Positions 1-14,062 of a stretch of 64,000 nucleotides of DNA are shown one piece after another. The notes beneath the pieces are model-generated. The model did no database searches and was not told the DNA's origin. It was given only the letters and a program-made list of their open reading frames with translations. The stretch is taken from the NCBI RefSeq assembly GCF_037042905.1, contig NC_087250.1, positions 8,124,001-8,188,000 on the forward strand, read 5' to 3'. The position numbers were made by a program, and so were the translations under genes. Source of the stretch: Lytechinus pictus. Lineage: Eukaryota. Numbering within the stretch: position 1 is the stretch's first letter; each line of letters starts with the position of its first letter.

Positions 1-357
1 GATAATTATTTCAAACAATATGCCTATTCATTTGTGAGCTTCAGACCTTTCATTTTTTCTTGGCATGCCCATAATTATATGCCCTATTTTCACAGAAGAA
101 ATATAAATGAAGGGAAGAAGCAAATTGTAAAAGTATGAGGATAATTAACATAAGAAATAAACACTATAATTAAAAGAAATACGATACATGCATACTTGAT
201 GAATTTGAGGGAGTGTTGGTGGGGGAATGTATCATTTTAACAGACTTCTTCTGGGAACAGAACATGTTCATTAACAAAGCTCGTAGCAAATACTAAAAGC
301 CGGCTTCATTGCGATTCAAATCTGACACCGAATAAATAAGTAAACACCAATACTTAC

Positions 358-783
358 ATTCATGCCATCGTAGGAGCAGTGATTGTATTGTTGAAATGAC
401 GTCGACAATCCGTGGTCGACGTCGAGGTCGTGCATGGCCTCGGATTGATCCATCCAGCCGTGTCTGTGGTGATGATGATATCGAGGAAACGGCGGTCCTC
501 TGTGAGAGTGTCCATGACAGTGAGGCTGACCTTGAGAATGACCTTGACCTTGTGGCTGACCTTGACGATAGTTACAGCGACCTTCACCTTCGTAAGCATT
601 GTTCGTGTATGTTTCTGGTACCACACTCGCATACGGTGGAGGAGATCCTAAGTCAGGACGCGTTGGGGTCTTGTTAGGATCGACTCTGGCGTAGGGGGGT
701 AATTCGGGTTCCGGTGGTGGAGGTGGTGGTGGGGTTGGTGTAGGGGCCAGTGGATGTGGCTCTTCGTCTGGTATCGTTGCCAT
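358..783 (-). CDS. First coding exon of a Pro/His-rich protein with PY motifs (LPPY, PPPY); the gene continues beyond the left edge of the window; product unknown
   Basis: ATG at 783 with an in-frame upstream TGA. Acceptor TTTTGCAG at 857-858 (exon starts 856). GTAAGT donor follows 358, giving 142 codons, phase 0. GC-richer than the flanks. Confidence 0.7.
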
Positions 784-1969
784 TCTATGACCATTTATAC
801 CTCTTCATCAAATCAATGGTGTTTGTCCGTGAGAACGACGATACATCCGAGTTCTTCTGCAAAATAATTTTTGAAAGAAAATAGAATAATTAACGTTGTA
901 AGAGAAAGACTTCCGTTCCAGAAGAGAAAATTACCTTGGTTGTACCCTTATCAAATCATCATTTAAAATTTATCTCTTTTTTTTTTGGGGGGGGAGCTAA
1001 GTTTTAAATAATATCTTTTTAAAATCTTTAGTGATGCATATTGCATTATGGGAAGCTTATTAGAAAATGTGAGGAATTCTTTGGTAGTCCTAACTATTTT
1101 TTTCATATTAGCACCTGGCAGTAGCTTAATGAGCGAAACAAATTGAGAGGGAAACCTCTTGCATCTGGCCAAAATTTCAACAAAAATCAAAATGCATTTT
1201 GCCATAATATCCAGAGAGAGATATATTACTTCCTTTCCTTTTCTGCTTTTTCCACCTTTTCGAAAACTTTTTTTTTTTTGGGGGGGGGGAGGGGGGGGGG
1301 GTGGTCTCGACACTATAGTAGTGTAGTTATAACAGACACCTTTTCCCAGGTACTTTTTTTTACAATGAAGCCGCATACTGACAATTATTTCTAAGGTATA
1401 CCAACATCCTATAAATCCAATTTTCACATTATCTTGTCATAAGATAATGCAAAATTATATATACAGGTACAAAGGGAACGGAACTCAAGAAAAGGCTTAT
1501 ATTATTCAACAATATCATCAGAAATGACATATTTCATACATCATTTAGGGTAGGGAAACATAACAAAATACTTGTCAAGGGTACTCTGAGACCGTCACAG
1601 AATTTTTACTTGTTTTATGGTCCATTTTGAAAGCCCATGTCAAACCTTTGTCAAAATAAAATATTTAGGACATTATTTTATAGGGTAGGGAAAACAGGGA
1701 ACAAATACTTGTAAAGGATAGGCCCTGCATTAAGTCCGCGAGATGATAGCTTGTCAACGTTCCATTTTGAATGACCATAAACGGGCACGGTGTCCAACTC
1801 GTAATAGGGACTTTTCGCACCACTACGTAGACTCTTTCTGGAAAGGTGAGAATCTATTGTCAAAAGCCCTTTATCACAAATCAGCCTTTGTCGCAGATCA
1901 GTATATAAAAAAGGCAGTGCCGTCGTGAACTATGGACAAATGACATATTTGCAATTTTTCGTCAGCTCC

Positions 1970-2139
1970 GGGGGGTGTTTCATGAAAGTTGTCAGCACTG
2001 ACTAATTTGTCAGTGCTGACTATTTCAGTGAAATCCTTGCTTTTGATTGGCTGAGAAGCTCTGGCCTCTGACTGTTACTATGGTAACTGTCGGAGGAAGA
2101 CATCTTTTCAGTGCCGACAACTTTCATGAATCGGTCCCC
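1970..2139. mobile_element. ~170-bp MITE with TIRs; an inverted-orientation copy lies at 32527-32689
   Basis: TTTCATGAAAGTTGTCAGCACTGA at the left end is inverted at the right end; near-identical second copy in the window. Confidence 0.75.
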
Positions 2140-2204
2140 AGAACCTTAGGTAGATCTTAGATCTTACAAGTACGATTATACACCACCTGGTGGACTGTAC
2201 TTTC

Positions 2205-2408
2205 ACGGATGATGATGATGTGATGATGATGATGATGATGATGATGGTGATAATGGTGATGATGGTGATGATGATGGTGATGATGATGATGGTGATGATG
2301 GTGATGATGATGGTGATGATGATGATGGTGATGATGATGATGGTGATGATGGTGATGATGGTGATGATGATGGTGATGCTGATGATGGTGATGATGTTGA
2401 TGATGATG
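2205..2408. repeat. (GAT/GGT)n trinucleotide microsatellite
   Basis: Read directly; it generates the spurious poly-His, poly-Met and poly-Ser ORFs. Confidence 0.95.
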
Positions 2409-3811
2409 AGATCTGCTGTTCCTGTTCACCCATTTTCGACAATGACCTCTAATCTGTTTATTGTGATATGATGGACAGTTTTAAATAGATTCTCAACATT
2501 CCATGAAGCGTCTGCGCAGTGGTTGCGAAAACTCGATATTAACGGGGAGTACCACTCGTACATATTAAGATATAAATGACATATAAACATACTTAAAGTA
2601 ATGAACATTTGTGACACGTACGTCTTAGGCATCAGATTCATCTTCAGGTAAAGAACCAGCAATCCTTTGAGATTAGAAGTTGCGGATCAATTAATAGTTT
2701 TGGAAACAAACCATACAACTCCATCTTACTCATGAATGGCTTCTCAAATACTATTATTGTTGATGGTGTTGTGTCTTTTCCACACACAAAATAAATGATC
2801 TTCTACAGTGGTGGGTCTGTCATGAACGGTTAGGTTATTCACTAGTATAAGCATTTCGTGAAATCAACGTGTTGTTGTTGTTTTGTCTTTTCCACAGCAT
2901 AAACAAAATGATCTTTAACTGGTGGGTCTGTCATAAGACTGATGATCTTAGCCTGGATGAACTCCTATGTTCTTCTTCCGTTGAGTACAGTCCTCTTTAT
3001 AGAGTATAGTCGTACTTGATAGTTATGTTATTTCCTCGTGTAAGGATGGACGTTTGTGCTGGTCGGCCTTAATTGGCTATGCCCACTTATCTTCATTTGG
3101 TAGACAATATCCTGTGATCCCTTTCCAATAACCATGCACGCAGACAAAACGTCTGCAGTGTTACCGGCCGATCTTCGAACAGTAGAGGAACTGAAACGCG
3201 AGATAGGTAAATTAAACTCCTCCAGTATTCCAAAGAAACGTCTGTTCCACTTGCTAAGATGTTGAAATGGGTAACTATGAAGTTTCCTTTCTTTTAGATG
3301 TCATAGCGTTGTGTAAAGTGTTATTCAACCCCGACGCTATTCAGAATAAGTACACAGCACACATAACACTGTCTGTGTACTATTATTGACGTTAGGATTT
3401 AGGAGTCCTCGCATTTGAATAGTTTTTCTTTTGATCACTCGAGTGTTATTGATCCTGTTGTATTCGGATAAAGGTAACGACATAAAGGGGTAAAAATAGT
3501 AAGTGAGAGAGAGATAGAGAAAGAGATAAAGGAAATAAGGGAGAGAGTGAGAGAGAGAGAGAGGGGGAGGGCGGAATAAAGATTAGATATACCCTCTTCA
3601 ACGAATAATAATGTTATGGAAGTACTATTTTAATTAGCAATCATACAATATGTTGGATATTTCACTGAGTATTGTCGCCCCCTTAAGCTGTAGGAATTAT
3701 CTTTATCATAGACTCCCTTCTCTCTCTTCCTCTTCTCATTATTTTTCCACCTCATGTCCCTCCCATCTGGATCATCCAGGCAATTTTATCGGATAAACCA
3801 AATATGCCTAG

Positions 3812-4052
3812 ATGGTGACACGACATTTGCTCCTGAGACTATTGCTCCGGGCTTTTTTTCGTGTAGAGTTTTAGGGTTGCAATATGGTTTTAGGTTAGGT
3901 TTAGGGTTAAGTTCGTGGTAGAGTATAGCGTTAAATCCAGGGTTGAAGTTAGTTATTCGATTAGTGTGTGGAATTCGGAGCGGAGCAATCCTGCCCCCGG
4001 AGCAAATGTCGCCGGTCGGAGCAACTGTCGCCGGAGCAAATGTCATGGACCC
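3812..4052. mobile_element. MITE with GACATTTGCTCC / GGAGCAAATGTC arms and a TTAGGG-like core; relatives at ~10880-11055 and ~54990-55750
   Basis: Inverted arms and three related copies in the window. Confidence 0.65.
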
Positions 4053-4529
4053 ACTTCCATTTGTTTTAGGAAGAGTAATACATTGTGATATGCATAGTGC
4101 CCCCAAAATATACCATGATCGCTATAAATTAATACCCACTCGCCGGAATTGAGCATCGATGCATTTGGCCTGAATGAAAAATGACGTAATTTCCTTTCAA
4201 TTATGACATCACACATTGCTATTACATGAAAGCCTTTAAATATGCTGAGCACTATGGGAGGAAAGAAGTTGGATTTAAAAAATCCACGTTACATCTCATA
4301 AAATTTATCAAACTCAAAGTGCTATACAATCTTTCCCATTTTCTTTACTTCTTTCACCCCATCCCGCGTTTCATCCCTCTTCCCATCCCACTTTTAGCAA
4401 TTTAAAATGTTGTATTTTCTTAATTTCTGTATGTGCTCCATATTATCATTTTATTCGTAATTATGGTATTTAATTAATCTGATTAAGTAGTAATATGATA
4501 TTCATTAAGTCCAATAGAATATAACAAGA

Positions 4530-4820
4530 TTATAATAATATGTCAATTTATATAGCGCAGTTACTATGTGCATATACTCAACTGCGTATTGATATTTGGT
4601 ATCATATTATTACCCCGGCTGTAGCTTAGCCGCCATATTAATAGGCGATAAAGCGTTCAAAGAGAAAGCATACCGGGTATCCATTCACCTCACCTGGGTC
4701 GAGTGCAGCATAATGTGGATAAATTTATTGCCGAAGGAAATTACGCCATGGCTGGGATTCGAACCCACGACGCTCTGTTTCAAAGTCCGGAGACTTATCC
4801 ACTGGACAGCCACGCTCCAC
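4530..4820 (-). mobile_element. tRNA-derived SINE; a 5'-truncated + strand relative lies at ~16195-16340
   Basis: Minus strand shows A-box-like TGTCCAGTGG and B box GGTTCGAATCCC, a central CCAGGTGAGGTGAATGG segment, and a 3' GCGCTATATAAAT followed by an ATT-rich tail, shared with the 16.2-kb copy. Confidence 0.75.
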
Positions 4821-6149
4821 GTATATGCGACATTATCGTGTATCTTTTTTAATTTTGTAAATAGTACCGCAGTTATGAAGCTGTACTACTGTTTTTAATT
4901 TTATTATATCCGTTAGCACGTCAGTCGATGAAACTGCAATGCCCGGTTTCATAAATATCATACAATACCATACCATGTCATGGTTATATTCACAGACGAG
5001 ACATAAGTGAATCATACTTTGTTCTTCAAATCATCACTTTTTGTTCCGACGCGTAAAATTAATTAAAACGAAAACGCTGATTATAATTTTTAAATTATCT
5101 TTATTCTGAAAACAGCATGCACTCTGAGGTATAAAAGATGAAATGAACATAATTATGACATTATTTGATTATTACACATTCCTCGACCCCATGCTGATTT
5201 CTATTTGGTATTGATAAGCATCTAATTTTATAGTATTAACAAGGATTACTTACAGCTATACCCGACATCGTCACTTGAATTCCTGCTACGAAATAAGCTT
5301 TTCGTATATTAGTCACTCTCAGAAAAAAATCTAATTAGATAGGGTTTTACCCATCCCCAATAAAAAAGTACCAGAATATGTTATAAAGCAGTTTTCTCGG
5401 TGTTACCTCCAAAGCGATTTCAAATCGAGTCCTTTTCATGTTAGCCACCTTTTAGAAAAGAAAAGATTCTGATTAGAAATGTTTTTCAAATACCCCCTTT
5501 CCCCAAGAGTACAAGAATATTTCTTAAGCATTTTTCTCTAGATTGCAAAGAGGACCTCAGAAACTGTTTCAAATTGGGTCCTTTGCAGAGAGTGTGTCCA
5601 AATCGTAAAGAGATACTTGATGGTTATTAAGACCTCTTGTCATTTATCTTCAGAGCAAACCCGTCATTCTGCAAAATAGAACGTTAGCGATTAGCTATTT
5701 CAAATAATTTACTGTTTGTACATATAATTGTACAATCGTGGTAAGCTTTCTTTTCAGGAAAAGATATCAACTCCACTCAGTAGTTACTAATATCATTTAT
5801 AATTTGATTATACAACACGATATACTATGAAGTAAAAAAACGAATGAGCATGTCCATAAATTTCATGAACTGCACGTATTGTCATGATAACAAGCTTCGT
5901 GTCCACTATCCTAATAACATTTATTTGGTATTTCTTTGACTAGAGCATATCCTAAAATCAATCTTAATATTGATGAAGCATCCCTTCAAGAATCGAGAAA
6001 GGTTTGAATTTATTCACTGTGTATCATGTTATGCACGGGATTTGTAGCAATGTGAGATTTTTATTTAAATAACGTAACAGATGATTTAATCATAAAATAA
6101 AATTATAGTAAAAAAGATTCAAAGCTGATGAAACATCCGATATTATTTT

Positions 6150-6337
6150 TTATTCGTTCATGAGTGGTACTGATGCCTCGTCGTCTCGCTGGGCATTCTG
6201 GGAACGAATCACTGATGTCATCTTCCGGACGACAACCAGGACGATAACAAGGAGAACGATCATGATCGTTACCATGGCAACGATAGCCAGCATCCATGGG
6301 TTGAACGCAGAAACATGTGTTTCAGTTGGTTTATCGT
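6150..6337 (-). CDS. ZP gene exon 25: TM helix, short cytoplasmic tail and stop
   Basis: WMLAIVAMVTIMIVLLVIVLVVV followed by RK; TAA at 6150-6152. Confidence 0.9.
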
Positions 6338-9300
6338 CTGCAAGATAAAAACAAACATGGTACAATATGGTTAACAGGTAGGAAGAAAAAAAAACACACA
6401 TACACTTAATTCCAATATTCTTATCAATATACAAAGGATTCATGCACATCATTATGCGATCTGTCCTTACTCGATCTACCAGAACTTTTTGTGAGACCGA
6501 CCCCTGTGTAGAAACTGTAGAAAAATAGATGAATTAATTTGCGAGGCGCGCCGCTTGGAACCTTCCCAAAATGAATATATTCTGTCCCTGTATTCCTACA
6601 ATCTAGAAATGATGGATTTTTTTTACTACGTGTTTACTTATATCCATCGTTAGCTTGGCATGTTTTTCTGATTATTTCAAAACCTTCATCCAACTACTTA
6701 TCCCCACTGTCGTGCGATCCGTGACGAATGCCACAATTGGTTGTCCGTAACTGATCATGAGAGTTTTTGAACCATTCAATCCTTTTCTGCGATCAGTACG
6801 ATTGCCAAGAATGATCTAATACGATCTGATACGACCACTACGATCATAACCACGATTAAGATCACCGTTTTAGTTGTGGCGCGAATCGTGAAAGTAGGAA
6901 CTAGGCATAAGACATAGTACACACCAACGACATGATCGAAGAGATTAGTAAGGGTTACACGCACGAGGTACTTTCGGAACAGTTTTAATACGTCCGAGGC
7001 CTTTCGATAATAATAGTTACCAGAGTGAATGTAACCACTAGAAGTTAGGTTGGTTAAACAACCAATGCGTTTTGCAATTTAATTGCGTTAAACACAACAA
7101 TATATTAGTTTATAGTGGGTTTTGTTGTTGTATTAGCCTTTTGAAACATGTAATTTTACAATGCAAAATTTGTATTCATAATTGTTAATATATTCATTTT
7201 TATACGCATATTCATTATTGTAATTATGTTCATTTTTATACGCATATTCATTATTGTAATGTTCATTTTATACGCATATTCATTATTGTAAACATATTCA
7301 TTTCTATACGCAAATTCATTATTGTAAACATATTCATTTCTATACGCAAATTCATTATTGTCATACTCTCGCTCGGGAATCGATAGAGTTTAATGAAATA
7401 TTATCTTATCTTAGCTGAGGGCATTCACTATTTCAAGCTGGGTAAGTATGTGTAATCATGATTATTCTAATGCCAGGATAATTGTATGTTTGATAGGATA
7501 GTGTTGTGGGTCCTTGTTATATGATAAACCATCCTCATCTCAGAATAATGACGGGTCAATTGTACTAGTCATTAGTACCAGTCAGCAAATATTCCGTTTA
7601 ATGGCAAAAATAAATGCCTGATCACGTGATAGGTCTGAACCAATGAATTCGATAAGAGTCCATATTACCATTTTAAAACATAATAATAATAAAAAATTAA
7701 CTTAAAATAGGCCTTTAAAAGAATATTGGTAAAAACACTTACATTTTACGAAGATTTATATTTAATTTCTACAAGAAATATACGATGATTTGTATATCAT
7801 ATATTTCTTGAACTTTGTATCTTGTATTAATACGTCTTGTTTATTGAAGGAAACCTTCATTAACAAGCATTGCTTTCAGAAGGTTTTTATTTCATTTCAT
7901 TACGTTATATTATAAATCGCTTTACTTTGTAATTTTGTTGAAATTTTGAAATGACACAAAGTCGTTTTTTGTGTATAGAATGAAAAAGAGGAAAATATCC
8001 TACATCAACAATGCGCATACCTTTTATCATCCAGTCCATCTGTTCGTAGGATTCCGAGCTGCGTCTAAATCTGATCGGTCCACGGCTAATCCTCGTACGC
8101 GCAAGCGTGGATTTCGAGGCTGTGACGTCACGACGTTGGCGACCGTTCAGCCCACTTGGGCATGTGACGTCACATTCCGTAAGATTTCCGCTTGTTGCGT
8201 CACAGACAAGGAGGTCACAATGGATGTAAACCTAGAATACATAAAGAATAGCTATAAAGGTAAAGTCAGTGTTGAATTCATTATTTTAATAATGCTTCAT
8301 TTGAAGTCTGTTGATCATACTTTCATATCGCTATTCCCTATTGAAAAGGATGTTGGGCCACGCGGAGTGTTAACACAGTGTAATCACACAGTGTGCAATG
8401 GGAAGATGTGGGGCCCGTCTTAAGGCGACCGCACACCTTACGACTGGTCTGCGACCCGATTTAGGAACAAATCGCATTTTGCTCATTTTCTGAAGATGTG
8501 AATGGAACATATCATTTTATTTGAGGTTGAAATTAATTGAAATAATAATATTATAACAATTTTGAAAGATTGCAAGCCCTTATTTTGGAGTAAAGTCCAA
8601 ATTAGGTTCAAATCGTAGCCAATCGTAAGACTGCTATGACGTCATTACGACTATAGATATTAAATTCGCTTTTATTCTAAGAAGGATGATAGCATAGTCA
8701 CAAATTTGATCATAGGTATTCGTACGATGATTTCGAACATTACACAGTTAAAGATATGCCAAGTCTCAATATTAGCATCAAATTCTATTACATTTTATTC
8801 TGAAATCGGGTCGCAGACCAGTCGTAAGGAGTGCAGTGGCCTTTACAAAGAGTTGCAATTATTGATCCGATCAACCACAACTATGGAAAGCCAACAACGT
8901 GAACACCGAAAATCCTTGTATGTTCAAAATGTTTTCTAGACATAATGTATTGTCATACTGTACATTAATCATTGTCTTGGCAATTCGATGTGCTTCATCT
9001 TTGTTTACAAAGTACATTGTGCAAATTTCCTGTAGGAACAATATGACAATGATGGATTTCCATATACTAGAGTTGAAATTAATTGGATCAAATCTTCGGA
9101 AGATGAGAACGTGATTTACGACTCTTAAAATGCTCAAATTTCACGAGAATCAAGAATCAAAACTTTCATTTTTCTAGTCTACGCTGCTTACACACATTGT
9201 GGACACTCTCACTGTCAACAATCTTGTGCACAGTTCTACAGTGTAAATGTTCACAATGTGTTCACACAGTAGACTGCGTTAAGACGTGATTCACACTGTT

Positions 9301-12300
9301 AATATGCTGCAAATATAACAGTGTGAATATACTTTCGCACTGTGGAAACCTCTATGGTGGAAGGTTTCACAGTGTGTTCACATAGTGGGCTATGTTAAGA
9401 CGTGGTTCATACTGTTAATATGCTGCAAATGTACTAGTATACAGTGTGCATATACTTTCACACTGTGGATACCTCTATAGTGTGAGGTTTTACAGTGCAT
9501 TCACATAGTGGGCTATGTTAAGACGTGGTTCATACTGTTAATATGCTGGAAATGTATACAGTGTGCATATACTTTCACACTGTGGATACCTCTATATTGT
9601 AATGTTTCGCAGTGTGTTTACATAGTGGGCTATGTTAAGACGTGATTCACACTGTTAATATGCTGCAAATTTAATAATGTGAAGATGATTTCACACTCTG
9701 AAGGCATCTATAGTGTGAGTGTTCACAGTGTGTTCACATTGTGGACTATATAAAGATATGATTCAGTGTTACAATGCTCAAAATTAACAGCTTCACACTG
9801 TAAACACATTGACCGTATAAGCATTTATAGTGTGTTCAGTGATTCGGTAATAAACTGCTCAAGTTTGATAGTGTAAAGATAATTTCAAACCGTGGACACC
9901 TATAGAAGGTGAGCGTTTACAGTGTGATCCCATACTGACTATGTGAAAATGCGACTTCAACTGTTAAAATAAATTCTCATTATTGTTATTATGGCAATGG
10001 TTTCACACTATGAAACACGGCGGGACACTGTGTTCTAGGGAAATTCGTAACACTACCGAGAGAGGGCGTTAAATGTTTTATAAAAAGATATAAATTGCAG
10101 TATGGATTCAGTTAATGGACAATGATATACCCATCACTCCCTACTTGAAAGAACACAGTGTCCCACAGAGTGTGCCACAGTGTGTTCACACTGTGAAATA
10201 CAATATTAAATACCCTCACACTGTTAAATTCAATTCAATTCATCAGTGTGAATCACATACTCACACAGTCGACCATGTGAACATGCTGTGAACAGTCACA
10301 TTGTCCAGTTGACCACATTGTGAAAATATCTTCACTGTTGAATATCAGGGTTTTTACAGTGTGACACTGTATCTTATCCAGCAGGGCTATGCTTTTGTAC
10401 GATCCGAAACATAAATCAACAGCCTATGAATTGTTAACATATAATTTAACATAATAGAAACCTCAGAATGGCATCAGTAGGAGGAGGATCTTCTCTTCCC
10501 GTCCTTTTACTTTCTTGTTTCCCTATATACTTACTCTGTTTCCTAATCCTACGAACCGGAAGGTCTTCATCGTGACCCCAACGAAGTCAAGCTCATCCGG
10601 TTGGATTACTGTTCCTTCATCGACAGAACAACTAATAGACAAGGAAGGAGAAAAGAGAGAAAATGTTAAAATATGGGGAGGAGAAAGCAAATTTTAGATA
10701 TTTAAAGAGGAAGACATGGAGAGTTAGGAGAGAGAAAAAAAAAATTTAGTATACCTATACATTATCTATAATTATTATTTCATTCAACATAACCAAACAT
10801 GTAAACAATATGTACAAACAGTAAGATAAGGAGAGTCACGTGGATGCCGGGAAATGAAAAATATTAACTAAATAATATTTGCTCAGGCGACAATTGCTCC
10901 GCTGTAAATCCCCCACATTAATGGAATGACCAACTTCAACCCTGGATTTAACACTAAACCCTATCCTAAACATAATCCTAAACCTAACATAAAACCCTAT
11001 TGCAATCCTAACCCTCTTAGGCGAGCAATTGTCGCCGAAGCAAAAGTCATGTCCCCTCTGTTCCAAGCCATGTGACTTTTTAGAAAGAACATACACGTAA
11101 TAGTAAATAGTAAGATACAACTATAGTTGAAGATCATTGGAATCATACATAGTTTAACATTAAGAGAGAATCTTATCAAATCTAGGGTAGATATGAAAAC
11201 ATTCTACCTGAGCCATACATCCTATCCAAATGTGAAAAGTTGCGAGCCAATCATTATTGATAATGGTTGATTTAGATAGAAATAATGCAAGCTAAGTTGT
11301 GTAATGATTGTACCCTTTATTCATCTTATATTCAGAGTAATATATATCGAATAAAAAATATGAATTATTCATTATCAATAAAGAGGAATTTCAAGTAAAA
11401 TCTTGTGTGTGGTTGGGGCGTCACGAGACCTCTTGACCATCTGGTAATCTTCCATGCCGAGAATTTCATCCGACTTACCCATCTTCGATAAAAAGGAATT
11501 GGTCGTCATTGAACGAACTTGAGGGCGTGGCCACACAGCGGGTGATTGACAGGTCCAAGGTCCCTTCCTGCGATGGAACGGAAGCACCGAAGTAGAGATC
11601 ATCATTGAGATCCATATCGACTGGATAGTCCTCTTCAAGGTACTTCTCCTCAAATCCTTCATCTCTGTAACAAGTCAATTCAAGAAAAAATAAATTCTTA
11701 TCAATATTAAGGAGATTTGTTGACTGATATATAATTCAAAGTCTTCTGTATCAGGTTGACCATATTTTCGTCATGTTTTTCCAAACACTAACGCTAACCC
11801 TAGATGTAACCCTTTTTAATCCGGGTTGTCAAAACTGGCTTGCGCCAGTGGAATAATTGACACTATAGAAGCAGCAGAAATGAATTGCTCTTTTCATTAT
11901 GTATAATATTCTCTTAAAGGTAGATTTAGATTTAGATTTATTCATTTTCCGTTCACAAAGCACAACAAAATCAAAGTAACAATACATAGTCAAATTTAAA
12001 GTACAATATCAATCGGAATAATGCATAATAACTAGAAGGTAACGATGAATGGTGGTACAAGAACGCCGATCTTACTCAAGAATGGAAAATATACATATTT
12101 TACAATGTCGATGTAGGCCTACTTTTAATTCACCCTTAAACACCCTTTAAAAATCAAATCCAAGAAATAATACATCAGTATCGATTTATCCTGACAGAAA
12201 AGAGGAATTGACATTAGCAACATAAAAAGGGAATTATTAACAAAAGACAGAGGACATCTACTTTTAATTTTTTTCCGAGGGACGAGGTTATAATTCCGAG

Positions 12301-14024
12301 GGACGAGGTTAACACTAACGCTAACCCTAATTCTACATCCTGCAGAATTTCATGAAATATTACACCCGTTTATTTATTATCATTATTATTATTATTATTA
12401 TTTTATTCGGCACTTAATCAAAAACGAGACAGCATGTACAATGCAAGATTGAGAAATAGTACAAAAATACAAATAGTTTTTAGACCCTTTCTCATCCAAC
12501 CAGGTAGCCTGGTTTCTCTGTTGATAACTGGCGGACTGTTAGCATACACTGTGATTTGTCAGAAACCTTGCAGATACACTCACAAATTGTTGAACGACTT
12601 CAACCCGACAGATTTCAAACTTAGAAATATATTGGTACGAATTTCTTAAGATCATAGACCCACCTGTATATATCCAAAGCGAAAGCGTACTGGCCGCTGG
12701 ACTCTTCGGTGACGTTGAGACGATAGTTCTTGAGCTCGTACGAGCGTAGTCCCACGCGCCCGGTTCGGTTGTAGGTGCAGGTGAAGGGGATGTACACATC
12801 AGATACGCGGGTGACAACCCCATACTCTCTCTCAACCACAGTATTGCTGTAATACTCGAATGTGGCATCTTCCTATCATTTGATGACGGTGAAGAAAAAA
12901 AAAGGTGCAAATTCAACATTGTTTCGCTTATAACTGCGTCAAAGTGATTCGTTATTACTTTGTAAATAAGTGAAAGTAATTGTCATTATTTTCTCACTTG
13001 CTAAAGATGCAGTTTTGCGGAATGTAAAACAATAAATCAAATCAAAATCAAATCAAACGTATCATTTTCAAAGTGTTTGAAATGGTGAAGATTGGACCAG
13101 ATAAAGACACATGGGCTGGATGATTTCTAATGGATTGGGTTTTCACCGGTGAAATAATGTGAACATATCAAGAAGGAATAAGACAATTCACAGTGTGGAA
13201 GAGTATTAAAACAGAACAAATGAGTTTGAGTAAAACATTGTGATCATAGGCTTACTTTGGTCATGTCACATTCGTAAAAAAGGAAACCTGACCAACAGTG
13301 AAAATACATCAACAAAGTTAGAACAATTGTGGATATATATGGTTTGTTATATTTGTTTTCAATACATATACATGTAGGCCTGATGAAGGCCCTACTGGCC
13401 GAAAGCTAGCATTAAATGAGATACCTTGAAAGCTAATCACAGTAATAACGTGTATTCAAAGTTTAATGAAGCGGTCACAGTGAATAAACAGTGTACGGAG
13501 AATTGCCATTTGAACATTAAGTGTAGTTAAAATTCACATTAAAGCAGTAAAATGAATTTCAAATAGTCAAAGATCAAAGCACTATAAGAACAATAATGAT
13601 AAACGCAATAAAATAATAGTGTTAACCCAAAGAATATCAAATATTTTTAAATTTTCAATGAGTTGGCACTGTGTAAAAGACGCACCAAACTTAATTTTAA
13701 TTTTTAATAAAAAATAACGTTAATGAGTGTAAAAGCACAGGGAGTGCAGCAATAAATTACAACAACCTTTAGTGTAATACTTACACGTCTTTCGTTATTA
13801 CATGAAGTTAGATTTGTGGTGATAACGATGGCCATTCCATCCTCTGATATCACTCCCTGGCAGCTGCCATCGTTCATCAGCTGAAGGTCGGTTCCAAGGG
13901 ATGCGCCGCCGAGCCGCTCCAGGGGGACTCGCACTGACATGGTGGTGGGTGAACACTGGAGGATGATAGCAGCGACTGCAAAGGGAGTGTGAGTACAATA
14001 AGGAATTAGCAAGCAATGCTTTCT

Positions 14025-14062
<38 letters not shown>

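Noticed and set aside
2157..2471. Poly-His, poly-Met and poly-Ser ORFs
   Set aside because: Translations of a (GAT/GGT)n microsatellite with no splice or gene context.
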